A stretch of DNA of 64,000 bases from a candidate division FCPU426 bacterium (lineage in GTDB: Bacteria; Oederibacteriota; PGYV01; Palsa-1178). Every line of letters starts with the position of its first letter. The stretch's first letter is position 1. Below the pieces are notes generated by a model that had not been told where the DNA came from, did no database searches, and saw only the letters and a program-made list of their open reading frames with translations. The stretch lies in contig CAWIXE010000002.1 in the NCBI GenBank assembly GCA_963840035.1, positions 1 to 64,000 of the forward strand, written 5' to 3'. A program made the translations under genes and the position numbers. Shown here piece after piece: positions 35,082 through 44,174 of the stretch.

Positions 35082-36773
35082 ATGACAAGTGCCAAAGCTG
35101 CTTTCTTTTTGACGTTTTTTATTGCTGTTATTACAGCTAGGGCATATTCCGCGCCTGTAGCCTGTATGTTTAACAATTATCTTAATTATACGGCTGGTTC
35201 CAATACATTTTATTTTGATCTGGGGACTTCGGGGGCATACACACCTTCGCCAAATTCCATACTATTATATCAACATGTGGCGGGTTGCAATGACCCTGTA
35301 GGCACATCGCGCTATACCGTAAGGGTGAATAATTCATATTATGATATGTCCCTGGGAACGAACAGCCTGAACATGCATAATGAAACAACGGATTGGGCCT
35401 ATGGAAGAAAAAAATATGGCAATGCGGTAACCGTTTATTTCCACAGCAAATTAGTAGTCAACCCGGCAACGGGCATAAATATGGACACTATGCAGTTCAT
35501 GTTCGTTTTAATAAATGATTCCTCCAGCACAGTGACAACAGGATTTAGGCTCGAACTCGATACCCAGGTTGGGACAAATGATGGAGCAAAAATTTCTGTT
35601 GATAACGGAAATAACCAAATTGACAATAATAACCTATGGACAGCGGCGAGCCCTATTCCGTATAGTTATTGGGCCTATGATCAGGGGCCGAAAGGACTGA
35701 CCCCCACGACTGTTGCGAGAGGGTATCTATGGGGGAACAGTTACGGCGAGCCGGCAACACCGCCGGACGAGTTTGAAGTGGCTGATTGGAACCTGGTAAA
35801 CGGGATAGGGCAATGGTCATATTCCGCGGCCGGGTCAATCACTGCTGACAGCGCAGTTGTATTGTGGTGGAATAACGGCGGACCCGGCGGGACAGGATAC
35901 CAGCTTTCCCCGGGACAGGGAATTGTATTTATAACATATTATGGCATTAACCAGGAGCCATTATTCGTATCCCCGACAGCTACATATACTCAGACGCCAA
36001 CTTTTACAATAACATCAACTTATACCCCTTCATACACAAGAAGCCAGACATCGACTGCTACGGCCACACTGACAGGTACAGCCACTTCGACAGGTACGGC
36101 GACATATACGGCAACATATTCGGTTACGGTAACATATACTCCGACATATTCACCAACCGGCACCTGTTCAGCAGAGCCTTCAAACACCCACACAGCATCA
36201 GTGTCCCGGACAGTTACTTCGACTTTTACGAATACAATTACCGGGACGCCTTCGAAGACTCCGACTCTTTTCTTCTCTGCGACTGTTACACAGACTGATA
36301 CTCTCACGGAAACAATAACAGTGACCCGGACGCTAACCCTGACATTAACCCCGACGGAGACTCTAACTGCAACACAGACAGTGACAGTCAGCCCTGTTCA
36401 TACGGCGACGATGTCACATACAGTCACTCAAACAGCATCGGTAACAATGACATATACGCCTGTCCCTGTTGTAACATCCGATATTTTAGAGGTAAAAGGT
36501 TCCTTTCCTTCAGGTGACGGCGGGTCGACGCATATAGTATACTGGTTGGGAAATGACGCGGAAGTTACTATACGGGTATTTACTGTTTCGGGGGAGCTTG
36601 TCTGCGAAGCGGCGGAATTACAAGGGAAAAAAGGGTATAACAGTTATGAGTGGGATCTTAAAAACAGGGCAAAAAACCCCGTGGCAAGCGGTGTGTTCAT
36701 ATACAGGGTAAAGGCAAGGTTCGAAAGTGAAATGGAAGCAGTGGCTCTTTCAAAAATGGCGGTTATAAAATAG
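35082..36773 (+). CDS. Secreted protein: N-terminal beta domain, Thr-rich linker, C-terminal FlgD-Ig/T9SS-like sorting domain
   Basis: Signal peptide; long TxTxT tract; C-terminus IRVFTVSGELV..GYNSYEWDLKNRAKNPVASGVFIYRVK..KMAVIK. Confidence 0.8.
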   Translation: MTSAKAAFFLTFFIAVITARAYSAPVACMFNNYLNYTAGSNTFYFDLGTSGAYTPSPNSILLYQHVAGCNDPVGTSRYTVRVNNSYYDMSLGTNSLNMHNETTDWAYGRKKYGNAVTVYFHSKLVVNPATGINMDTMQFMFVLINDSSSTVTTGFRLELDTQVGTNDGAKISVDNGNNQIDNNNLWTAASPIPYSYWAYDQGPKGLTPTTVARGYLWGNSYGEPATPPDEFEVADWNLVNGIGQWSYSAAGSITADSAVVLWWNNGGPGGTGYQLSPGQGIVFITYYGINQEPLFVSPTATYTQTPTFTITSTYTPSYTRSQTSTATATLTGTATSTGTATYTATYSVTVTYTPTYSPTGTCSAEPSNTHTASVSRTVTSTFTNTITGTPSKTPTLFFSATVTQTDTLTETITVTRTLTLTLTPTETLTATQTVTVSPVHTATMSHTVTQTASVTMTYTPVPVVTSDILEVKGSFPSGDGGSTHIVYWLGNDAEVTIRVFTVSGELVCEAAELQGKKGYNSYEWDLKNRAKNPVASGVFIYRVKARFESEMEAVALSKMAVIK

Positions 36774-36876
36774 AATTTTATATTTTCAATTTTGAATTTT
36801 CAATTAGGGAAGGACTTGTTTCAGGCCGTAAATAGAAAATTGAAAATTTGGAATTGAAAAATCGTTTGATTTATTA

Positions 36877-36905
36877 TTGATTCTTCCCCATATTTCTGTT
36901 ATATT
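36877..36905 (+). promoter_or_regulatory. Candidate sigma70 promoter
   Basis: TTGATT-17bp-TATATT with a TG extended -10, upstream of ATG 36950. Confidence 0.5.
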
Positions 36906-36949
36906 AGTATAGTTTTTTACGGCAAAACAAAACCGACTGGAGCCAATAA

Positions 36950-37291
36950 ATGAGTTTAATGCTTGATGGATATGTATTTAACCCGATTTTACCGCTTGCT
37001 GATTATATAAAAAGCCCGGATATTGACGGGATTTTCGGTATTTTTTACCTTAAATATCCTGATAAAAAAATGGCTGATTATGGCGTGCTTTATATCGGGG
37101 ATACGACTGAAATCTATAGTGACGCGGCTTTCCCGCAGGGCCATAAGAAATATGAGTCCTGGGTGGAAAAGGCTAAGAGCGACGAAAACCTGTATATCGG
37201 AATGTGCCCGACACCGGGGCTTATGCCAAGAAAAAAAGACCTGATAAAAAACCATCTCATATATAAGTACAATCCGCCCTGCAATAAATAA
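36950..37291 (+). CDS. Small GIY-YIG-like fold protein, apparently degenerate
   Basis: GIFGIF..VLYIG..H..W..LIYKYNPPCN pattern. Confidence 0.55.
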   Translation: MSLMLDGYVFNPILPLADYIKSPDIDGIFGIFYLKYPDKKMADYGVLYIGDTTEIYSDAAFPQGHKKYESWVEKAKSDENLYIGMCPTPGLMPRKKDLIKNHLIYKYNPPCNK

Positions 37292-37297
37292 AATAAT

Positions 37298-37939
37298 ATG
37301 AAGACAAAAAATGCCGCCGCGGTTTTCATTGCCGTCGCGGCTTATTTTATTTGCGCGGGTTTTGTTGCGGCGGAAGTTTATCCGGTCTCTTCTGATTTAA
37401 GCTGGAAGTATAAAGGGCAGATGAAAAACAACCCCTCACAGAAGCTTGATTTCACCGCTAAAGTATTGCAGACCCGGAAGATTGGCGGGAAAGAATATGC
37501 CTATTATTCCGCGCCGAAAGTCGACACCCGCTTCATGGTAAGAACCGATGAAAACGGCGCGTACATGAAGCTCGTAAAATACCCCTTTCCCGTATTGAAA
37601 TTTATGACGGTAGATGTCAGCCTGAACCCTGAGATAAAATTCGTAAGCTTCCCTTATAAAGCCGGGGATGAATGGAAACAGGAGATAAAGGCGGAGGCCA
37701 ACCTGGTTCCGTTTAAACTCAACAGGAAAATTTTCGTAAAGTTTACGGTTGTGGGCACGGATGTTTTCAAACTTGACGGCGGGGAATTTACGGCGTATCA
37801 CGTAAAAATGGAGCGGGATGAAGGCGCCGGAACGGTGCGCGTTGAGGATAACTGGTTTGTGGAAGGCATAGGGTTTGTCCGCGGGGAAACGCCGGAGTAT
37901 TCCATAGAATTATATGAATTTAAAAAGGATGAAAAATGA
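37298..37939 (+). CDS. Hypothetical secreted protein
   Basis: Signal peptide, beta-rich sequence, WFVEGIGFV near the C-terminus. Confidence 0.7.
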   Translation: MKTKNAAAVFIAVAAYFICAGFVAAEVYPVSSDLSWKYKGQMKNNPSQKLDFTAKVLQTRKIGGKEYAYYSAPKVDTRFMVRTDENGAYMKLVKYPFPVLKFMTVDVSLNPEIKFVSFPYKAGDEWKQEIKAEANLVPFKLNRKIFVKFTVVGTDVFKLDGGEFTAYHVKMERDEGAGTVRVEDNWFVEGIGFVRGETPEYSIELYEFKKDEK

Positions 37940-38697
37940 TGGCGAAAAATATGGGGCTGATTTTGTGCCTTTTGATTTGTGCTGTTTGTTCCGGGTATAA
38001 AACCGCCGATAACGAAAACATAAGGTTCGGCTCACCGGAAGGAAAAGGAAAACTGCTTTCAAAAACGGGTTATGTTCTGTTATATGATTCCTCAAAGAGG
38101 AATCCGGTTTGGGTTTCGTACTGCCTCAAAAAAGAAAATATTATCACAAAGGACCCTAAGGCAGGCGCGTTTAAACCGGATTTGTCGCTGCCTGTATATG
38201 AAATGGTCCAGCGGACGGATTATCCGGGGGCATATGATAAATGCCCCATGGCGCCGGTTATTGACATGGCATATTCCACGAAGACCCATAAGGAGGCATT
38301 TCTCCTGACAAATGTATGTGCCATGAACCCGTTCCTGAAAAAAGGAGAATGGCGGAAACTGGAAGACAAAATACGCGATTTGGCAGCCAGATGCGGGCAG
38401 GTGTGGGTGGTAGCCGGGCCGGTATTTAATGATACTGTTAAAAAGAAATTTCTTTCATCCAATTCAAAGATCAGACTGCCTTCAGGTTTTTATAAAGTCA
38501 TACTTTACCAGGGAAAAGACAGCTCATTTAAAGCGATTGGTTTCTATTTTGATAATTCGAAGAATCAGCCCGGTGTATCGCAATCCATGTTAAGCATCGC
38601 CGGCATAGAGGATAAGACCGGGTTGAAGTTCTTTAGCGCCCTGCCGGATGAAGTCCGCGGGATACTGGTAAAAAATGCAATAGACCCCAATTTTTAA
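37936..38697 (+). CDS. DNA/RNA non-specific endonuclease (NucA/Serratia-type) homologue with altered active site
   Basis: YVLLYD..RNPVWVSY, FKPD, DY..YDKCPMAP, F.LTN, W.KLED.IR, VVAGPVF, P.GFYKVI, IED.TGLKFF. Confidence 0.85.
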   Translation: MMAKNMGLILCLLICAVCSGYKTADNENIRFGSPEGKGKLLSKTGYVLLYDSSKRNPVWVSYCLKKENIITKDPKAGAFKPDLSLPVYEMVQRTDYPGAYDKCPMAPVIDMAYSTKTHKEAFLLTNVCAMNPFLKKGEWRKLEDKIRDLAARCGQVWVVAGPVFNDTVKKKFLSSNSKIRLPSGFYKVILYQGKDSSFKAIGFYFDNSKNQPGVSQSMLSIAGIEDKTGLKFFSALPDEVRGILVKNAIDPNF

Positions 38698-38837
38698 ACA
38701 TCCATAAATCTGCAACAATACACCATCCCTGTTCGTCTAAATGTGTAGCAGCCATGCATTATGTTGTTTTTTGCCTTGTTTCATAAGGCTTTAATTGAAA
38801 ATTGAAAATTTGGAATTGAAAATTAGTCTTTATTATA

Positions 38838-38866
38838 TTGCTTTATGTTTCACCATGTGGTAAATT
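38838..38866 (+). promoter_or_regulatory. Candidate sigma70 promoter for the chaperone cluster
   Basis: TTGCTT-17bp-TAAATT with a TG extension. Confidence 0.45.
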
Positions 38867-38897
38867 ATCTGATAATCTAATCCGAAAGGAGCAACAA

Positions 38898-39596
38898 ATG
38901 AAGAAAATTATCGTTTTAGTATCAGTTTTAGCACTTGTTTTTGCTTTCGCGGCATGCAACAAAGGCGGCGCCGAGGCCGCAAAGGTTAACGGGACAGTCA
39001 TTACAACCCAGGACCTTGATGATGAGATTGAAAGCCTTCCTCCGCAGTATAAAATGTTCGCGCAGTCGCCGGACATGAAGCGGAAGATACTTGACAACCT
39101 CGTTATAAGCGAGCTGTTAATGCAGCAGGCGGAAAAAGACGGTCTCACTGCTAAGCCGGAAATACAGACTAAAATCAAGGAATACGAGAACCAGATTAAA
39201 GCGGACGCGCTCTCACAGATTGCCAACCTGAAAAAACAGGTTGAAAAGTCAGCGAAGATCGCGAAAAGGGAGACCGTAATAAAGGAACTCCTCCAGGCTA
39301 AGGATTTCAAGGACCAGGTTGTATCAGAAGCGGAAATAAAAACTTCTTATGGCCAGTATTCGTCCAACATGAAGAGGCAGGACCCGAACGCGAAGGTTGA
39401 GCCGCTTGAAAAGATCAGGGAAGACATCAAGAAGTCAATTGCAAGGACCAAGTGGCTTGATTCCATAAAGGCCACAGCCTCAATCACGGTAAATGAAAGC
39501 GCGCTTGGCATGGGCGCCGCGCCCGGGATGCAGGGAATGCCGCAGTCAGGCGTAAAGATACAGGAGCCGGCAAAGGCAGCCCCTGTAAAAAAGTAA
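38898..39596 (+). CDS. SurA-N/PrsA-like lipoprotein chaperone (no PPIase domain evident)
   Basis: Lipobox FAAC; AKVNGTVIT..LDNLVISELLMQQA. Confidence 0.75.
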   Translation: MKKIIVLVSVLALVFAFAACNKGGAEAAKVNGTVITTQDLDDEIESLPPQYKMFAQSPDMKRKILDNLVISELLMQQAEKDGLTAKPEIQTKIKEYENQIKADALSQIANLKKQVEKSAKIAKRETVIKELLQAKDFKDQVVSEAEIKTSYGQYSSNMKRQDPNAKVEPLEKIREDIKKSIARTKWLDSIKATASITVNESALGMGAAPGMQGMPQSGVKIQEPAKAAPVKK

Positions 39597-39607
39597 GAAA
39601 AGTATAA

Positions 39608-40534
39608 ATGAAAAAAGTAATCCTTCTTATATTTGCCGTGGCGGCAGCCGTGGCCCTTGCGGGCTGCGGCGGCCATGCCCCGGCAAAGGTACTTGCAACG
39701 GTTGACGGCACGTCTATTACCGCCGACATATTCTTTTTAAAGGCGAAGTTATACGGCCTGCCGGTTAAATCGCAGAAAGACGCTGAACAGTTCCTGAACC
39801 TGCTGATTAACGATGAGATCATATTGAAGCAGGCGAAGGTTAACGGCATTAATATGTCTGATGATGAAATGAAAAAAGAAATGGAGTCTTTCGCGCCTGA
39901 TTACGGCTCAAAAGAGACAAAAAAATCGCTGAAGGAATCCGGCATCAGGTACGGCGTCTGGCTTAAGGACCTGAAGGAAAAGATAATAAGGAAAAAAGTC
40001 ATAACAGAGATCATGAAGGACAAGATAAAAATAGAGCCTGACGAAGTGAAGGATTATTACTGGAGCAATATTACGGATTTCAGGAAACAAAAAAGGGTGC
40101 ACGCCAGGCAGATAGTGCTGGAGTCCCCTGAAAAGGCAAGGCAGGTCCAGCAGCTGATAATGCGCGGAGAGCCATTCGAAGCCCTCGCTGAAAAGTACTC
40201 AATAACTTCCGAGGGGAAATACGGCGGTGACCTGGGTTACTTCGCGGAAAAGGAAATGCCCGCATTCATAAATGAAGTGGTTTTTTCAATGAAAAAAGGC
40301 GGGATTAGCGGTATAATAAAATCACAGTACGGCTGGCACATCCTGAAAGTGGAGGACGTGCAGGAAGCCGACACGCCGGCTTATGAGGCGGTGAAAGACG
40401 AAGTGTACGCCAGGTATTATGACGAAAAAAAAGACGAGTACTTTAACGCGTGGATGGAAGAGCTGCATAAAGCGGCTGATATACAGATAAATAAAAAAAA
40501 TCTTGAAGGATTGACGGTGGAGGAGAAAATATGA
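39608..40534 (+). CDS. Parvulin-type peptidyl-prolyl isomerase lipoprotein (PrsA/PpiC-like)
   Basis: Lipobox LAGC; HARQI..FEALAEKYS..GGDLGYF..SQYGWHILKV. Confidence 0.9.
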   Translation: MKKVILLIFAVAAAVALAGCGGHAPAKVLATVDGTSITADIFFLKAKLYGLPVKSQKDAEQFLNLLINDEIILKQAKVNGINMSDDEMKKEMESFAPDYGSKETKKSLKESGIRYGVWLKDLKEKIIRKKVITEIMKDKIKIEPDEVKDYYWSNITDFRKQKRVHARQIVLESPEKARQVQQLIMRGEPFEALAEKYSITSEGKYGGDLGYFAEKEMPAFINEVVFSMKKGGISGIIKSQYGWHILKVEDVQEADTPAYEAVKDEVYARYYDEKKDEYFNAWMEELHKAADIQINKKNLEGLTVEEKI

Positions 40535-41511
40535 AAAAATTAACGGTGGTTCTGGCGCTGCTTATGTTGGCGGCGGGTTTCTTACAGGCGAAAAACGAGG
40601 ACAAAATACTCGTAAAGGTCAATGATGAGATCATACTTCAGAGCGATGTTGATGAGGCCCTGGAGATGGCCCAGGCGCAGCTCAAAATGGCGGGAAAGCC
40701 CGGCGACGCGGCTGACCTTAAGAAAAAAATACTTGAGGGCATGGTAGAGCAGAAGCTCATTATAACCATGGCAAAGGATGAGAATATAGCCATCAGCGAA
40801 GAAGCTGTGGCTGACAAGGTAAATGAATACCTGGACGGCTTAAGGGCCAAGTTCCCGAACGAACAGGCTTTTGAGGAAGCACTAGCGCAGGAAGGCCTTT
40901 CATACACAGATTTCAGGATCAAGATTGAAGGCCAGGTGAGGGACACGCTTGTTTACGGAAAAGTAAAGCAGAAAAAACAGCAGGACTTCATCAGCAAGTC
41001 CGCGGTAAGCGACGCTGAGATAGCCTCCTACTATGAAAAGAACAAGGACGCTTTTAAGGTAAATGACGAAATGAACATATCACAGATCTTTTTGGCAGCT
41101 GGCGAAGTGGAAACAGACAACCTGGCTAAATATGCCGCTGACTTAAAGGCAAGGGTTGATGCAGGCGAGGCGTTTGAGAAGGTCATGCAGGAATTAAACG
41201 GCAAAAAAGGCGTGACTACGGCGGAACTCGGCTGGATAAACACAAACGACCTGGACGCGCGCTTAAGGGCATCGTTAAAAAACCCGAAAAAGGGAAAAGT
41301 AACCGCGCCCATTGAGATACCTTCATCCGGCGACGGCAAGGGCGGATTTCATCTTTTAAAGATCGTTGACTATAAAAAAGGAACAGTCTCCGCGCTTAAC
41401 GATGAAATAAGGGAAAAAGTAAGGGTGAAGATCATCAGCGAAAAAGTTGAAAAAATGTGGTCTGAATGGATAGACACTGTAAAAAAGGAAGCCTATATAA
41501 AGTATATGTAA
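40531..41511 (+). CDS. surA: SurA-family chaperone/PPIase
   Basis: DKILVKVNDEIILQSDV N-domain; parvulin-like LGWI..GFHLLKI. Confidence 0.75.
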   Translation: MKKLTVVLALLMLAAGFLQAKNEDKILVKVNDEIILQSDVDEALEMAQAQLKMAGKPGDAADLKKKILEGMVEQKLIITMAKDENIAISEEAVADKVNEYLDGLRAKFPNEQAFEEALAQEGLSYTDFRIKIEGQVRDTLVYGKVKQKKQQDFISKSAVSDAEIASYYEKNKDAFKVNDEMNISQIFLAAGEVETDNLAKYAADLKARVDAGEAFEKVMQELNGKKGVTTAELGWINTNDLDARLRASLKNPKKGKVTAPIEIPSSGDGKGGFHLLKIVDYKKGTVSALNDEIREKVRVKIISEKVEKMWSEWIDTVKKEAYIKYM

Positions 41512-41612
41512 TTGAAGATTGTGGATTGTTGATTGCGGATTAATAGGCTGGTATTTTTTCTGGCCGGTTAATCCGCAATCTTCAATCTACTATCAACAAT
41601 CAGGAGGATTCC

Positions 41613-42623
41613 ATGGTAAAAGCCGGCATAATCGGCGGTTCGGGATTGACGGGCCGTGAGCTTATTAAAATACTTTTAAAGCACTCTGAAACCGAGATTA
41701 CCTGCATAACCTCGCGTCAGTACGCGGGTAAAAAGGTGTCTGACATATTCCCGGAACTCTCAGGCCGCCACGCCGGTATTTTTACGGACCCGGCCGATAA
41801 AAAAGTGCTATCCGATGTAAATTTGCTTTTCGTCTGCCTTCCCCATACCGAAGCCATGGAGTTCGTAAAAAAAGCGTATGACCACGGCATCCGCACAATT
41901 GACTTAAGCGCCGACTACCGCATTAAAGACAAAAAGGTTTATGAGGATACCTATAAGCACGTTCACAAATATCCGGAGCTCCTTAAAAAGGCCGTTTACG
42001 GCATGCCTGAGATAAACCGTGAGCAGATCCGCAAAGCGGACATCGTGGCTAATACAGGCTGTTACGCGAACTGTACCATGCTGGGAGTCCTGCCCGCGCT
42101 TTCAAAACTGAAGGTTGAATCCATAATTTCAGACGCCAAATCCGGTATTTCAGGGGCAGGAATAAAACTTGCGGCGTCATCCATGTATATTAATGTGAAT
42201 GAGAATGAGACCCCGTATAACGTCGGACGCAAGCACCGCCATGTGCCTGAGATAGAAGAGGTACTGGAAAAAGCCACCGGAAAACGGGTGCCGTTCATTC
42301 TCACGCCCCAGCTTATACCGGTTGACCGCGGAATGCTGGCCACCATTTACTTAAAGCTTAAAAAGGGCGTGAGCGTGGAAGAGGCAAAGGAAATATATAC
42401 GGAGTACTACGCGGCTGAGCCCTTTGTGCGCATACAGGAAAACATAAGCATACACAACGTGGCAAACACCAATTTCTGCGACATTAAAATAGAGGATTCC
42501 GGGTATAAGGATACTCTTATAGTCGTAAGCGCCATAGATAACCTTTTAAAAGGCGCCTCCGGCAATGCCGTGCAGAACATGAATATCATGCTCGGGTTCG
42601 ATGAAAAGGAAGGGCTTGTATGA
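41613..42623 (+). CDS. argC: N-acetyl-gamma-glutamyl-phosphate reductase
   Basis: IIGGSGLTG, CLPH, IDLSADYR, GCY, SGISGAG, HRHVPEI, IDNLLKGASG. Confidence 0.95.
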   Translation: MVKAGIIGGSGLTGRELIKILLKHSETEITCITSRQYAGKKVSDIFPELSGRHAGIFTDPADKKVLSDVNLLFVCLPHTEAMEFVKKAYDHGIRTIDLSADYRIKDKKVYEDTYKHVHKYPELLKKAVYGMPEINREQIRKADIVANTGCYANCTMLGVLPALSKLKVESIISDAKSGISGAGIKLAASSMYINVNENETPYNVGRKHRHVPEIEEVLEKATGKRVPFILTPQLIPVDRGMLATIYLKLKKGVSVEEAKEIYTEYYAAEPFVRIQENISIHNVANTNFCDIKIEDSGYKDTLIVVSAIDNLLKGASGNAVQNMNIMLGFDEKEGLV

Positions 42624-43803
42624 AAAAGGCCTATGTCCTGCCAAAAGGTTTTTACTCGGCTGGAATTAACGCCGGAATAAAAAAATCCCCGAAGCTTGAC
42701 GCGGGGCTTATTTATTCCCGGTCAGACTGCGACGCGGCCGGATTTTTCACCAAAAACCGCCTGAAGTCAGTGCACATTATTGAGGCAAAAAAAATTATAA
42801 ACGGGAAGATCCGCGCCATATTTTCAAACAGCGGCAGCGCCAACGCGCTTACCGGGAAAGCCGGATTTCAGGACCTTAAGGAAATCATAACTGCGCTGTC
42901 AAAAGCGCTGGCAGTGAAACCCGCGACGATCCTGGCGGCGGCAACCGGGAAAATAAGCAAGCGCATACCGGTTAAGAACGTGGTCCCATCCATTCCGGCG
43001 CTGGCCTCAGGTTTATCCGCGCATGATTCCAAATTCCCGAAGGCTATCATGACCACTGATCTGGTTGAAAAGTTTGCCAGTGAAAAAGTGGTATTGGGAG
43101 GCAGGAGTCGCATAGTCTCCGCCGCGGGAAAGGTTCGGGCATGATTTCGCCTGACATGGCGACCATGCTGGTATTCTGCATGACTGACGCGGCCATAGAT
43201 AAAAAACTCATGAGAGAAGCGGCTTTTGAAGCGGTGAAAATGTCCTTTAACCGGGTGACGGTTGACGGAGACATGAGCCCCAACGATACTGTGTATGTGC
43301 TCTCAAACGGCGAGGCAGGGAACAAAAAGATAACATCAAAGAGCGCCGACTATGAAAAGATAAAAAAGGCGTTCTGTTCGGTGTTTTACTCCATAGCTGA
43401 AGACATGGTGAAGGACGGCGAAGGCGCGACAAAATTCATAAAGCTTAACATAAGCGGGGCAAAGACACAGCTTGCCGCCGAGCGCGTGGCGCGGCAGATA
43501 GCGAACTCGCAGCTTGTAAAAACGGCGTTTTTTGGCCAGTCCTTAAACCCGGGACGCATCATAAGCGCCGCGGGGCAGACATTTGAGGATTTTAACCCGG
43601 AGAAAATAACGCTGAAATTCAACGGCAAAGCCATAATCTCAGGCGGTAAAATGCTTGATATGGCATATAAATCGGTGGGGAAAGAACTTAAAAAACGCGA
43701 CATATCAGTCGATTTAAACCTGGCGAACGGGAAGTACGGCTGTTATATACTCACGTCTGACCTGTCTTACGACTACGTAAAGATTAACGCCGATTACAGT
43801 TAG
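42620..43803 (+). CDS. argJ: Ornithine acetyltransferase/ArgJ with a one-base frameshift near 43130
   Basis: LPKGF..GIKK, NSGSANALTG, AIMTTD in the first ORF; KGSGMISPDMATML, VDGDMSPND, DGEGATK, DLSYDYVKINADY in the shifted frame. Confidence 0.9.
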
Positions 43804-43823
43804 TAAGCAGAAGTCCGGGATTG

Positions 43824-43846
43824 GTAGCCGCAACCTTCAGGTTGCG
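43824..43846 (+). repeat. REP-like palindrome (GTAG class)
   Basis: GTAGC-CGCAACCT-TC-AGGTTGCG. Confidence 0.7.
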
Positions 43847-43890
43847 CAGCGTGGTCTTAAAAACATGTACTATTTATGCGGGGTATTAAT

Positions 43891-44133
43891 ATGAGAACAA
43901 TTCCGGCTGGAAAAGCAAAAGCTGTTTTTAACAATCTGATTGATTTTATTTCGGATAATAAAGGTCCAATTCGTATTGCCTGGAAAAAAAGCGGTGCGAT
44001 TCTTATCCCGGAAAGAATGTGGCATGCCATGAAAGAAAGTTTATTCCTGATATCGATTCCCGGAATGAAAAAATCTGTGTTGCGCGGTTTGGCTGAGCCT
44101 ATCCGCAAATCAACAAAAACTTTACGCTGGTAA
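43891..44133 (+). CDS. Phd/YefM-family antitoxin-like protein, with no toxin gene following
   Basis: AKAVFNNLID..PIRI..AILIPERMWHAMKESLFLISIPGMKKSVLRGLAEP..LRW matches the YefM pattern (W..IQETLYLLSIPGM.ESI..G). Confidence 0.75.
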   Translation: MRTIPAGKAKAVFNNLIDFISDNKGPIRIAWKKSGAILIPERMWHAMKESLFLISIPGMKKSVLRGLAEPIRKSTKTLRW

Positions 44134-44174
44134 AAACAATTCCTTATTATATAATCAAAAAAACGGGGTGACAA

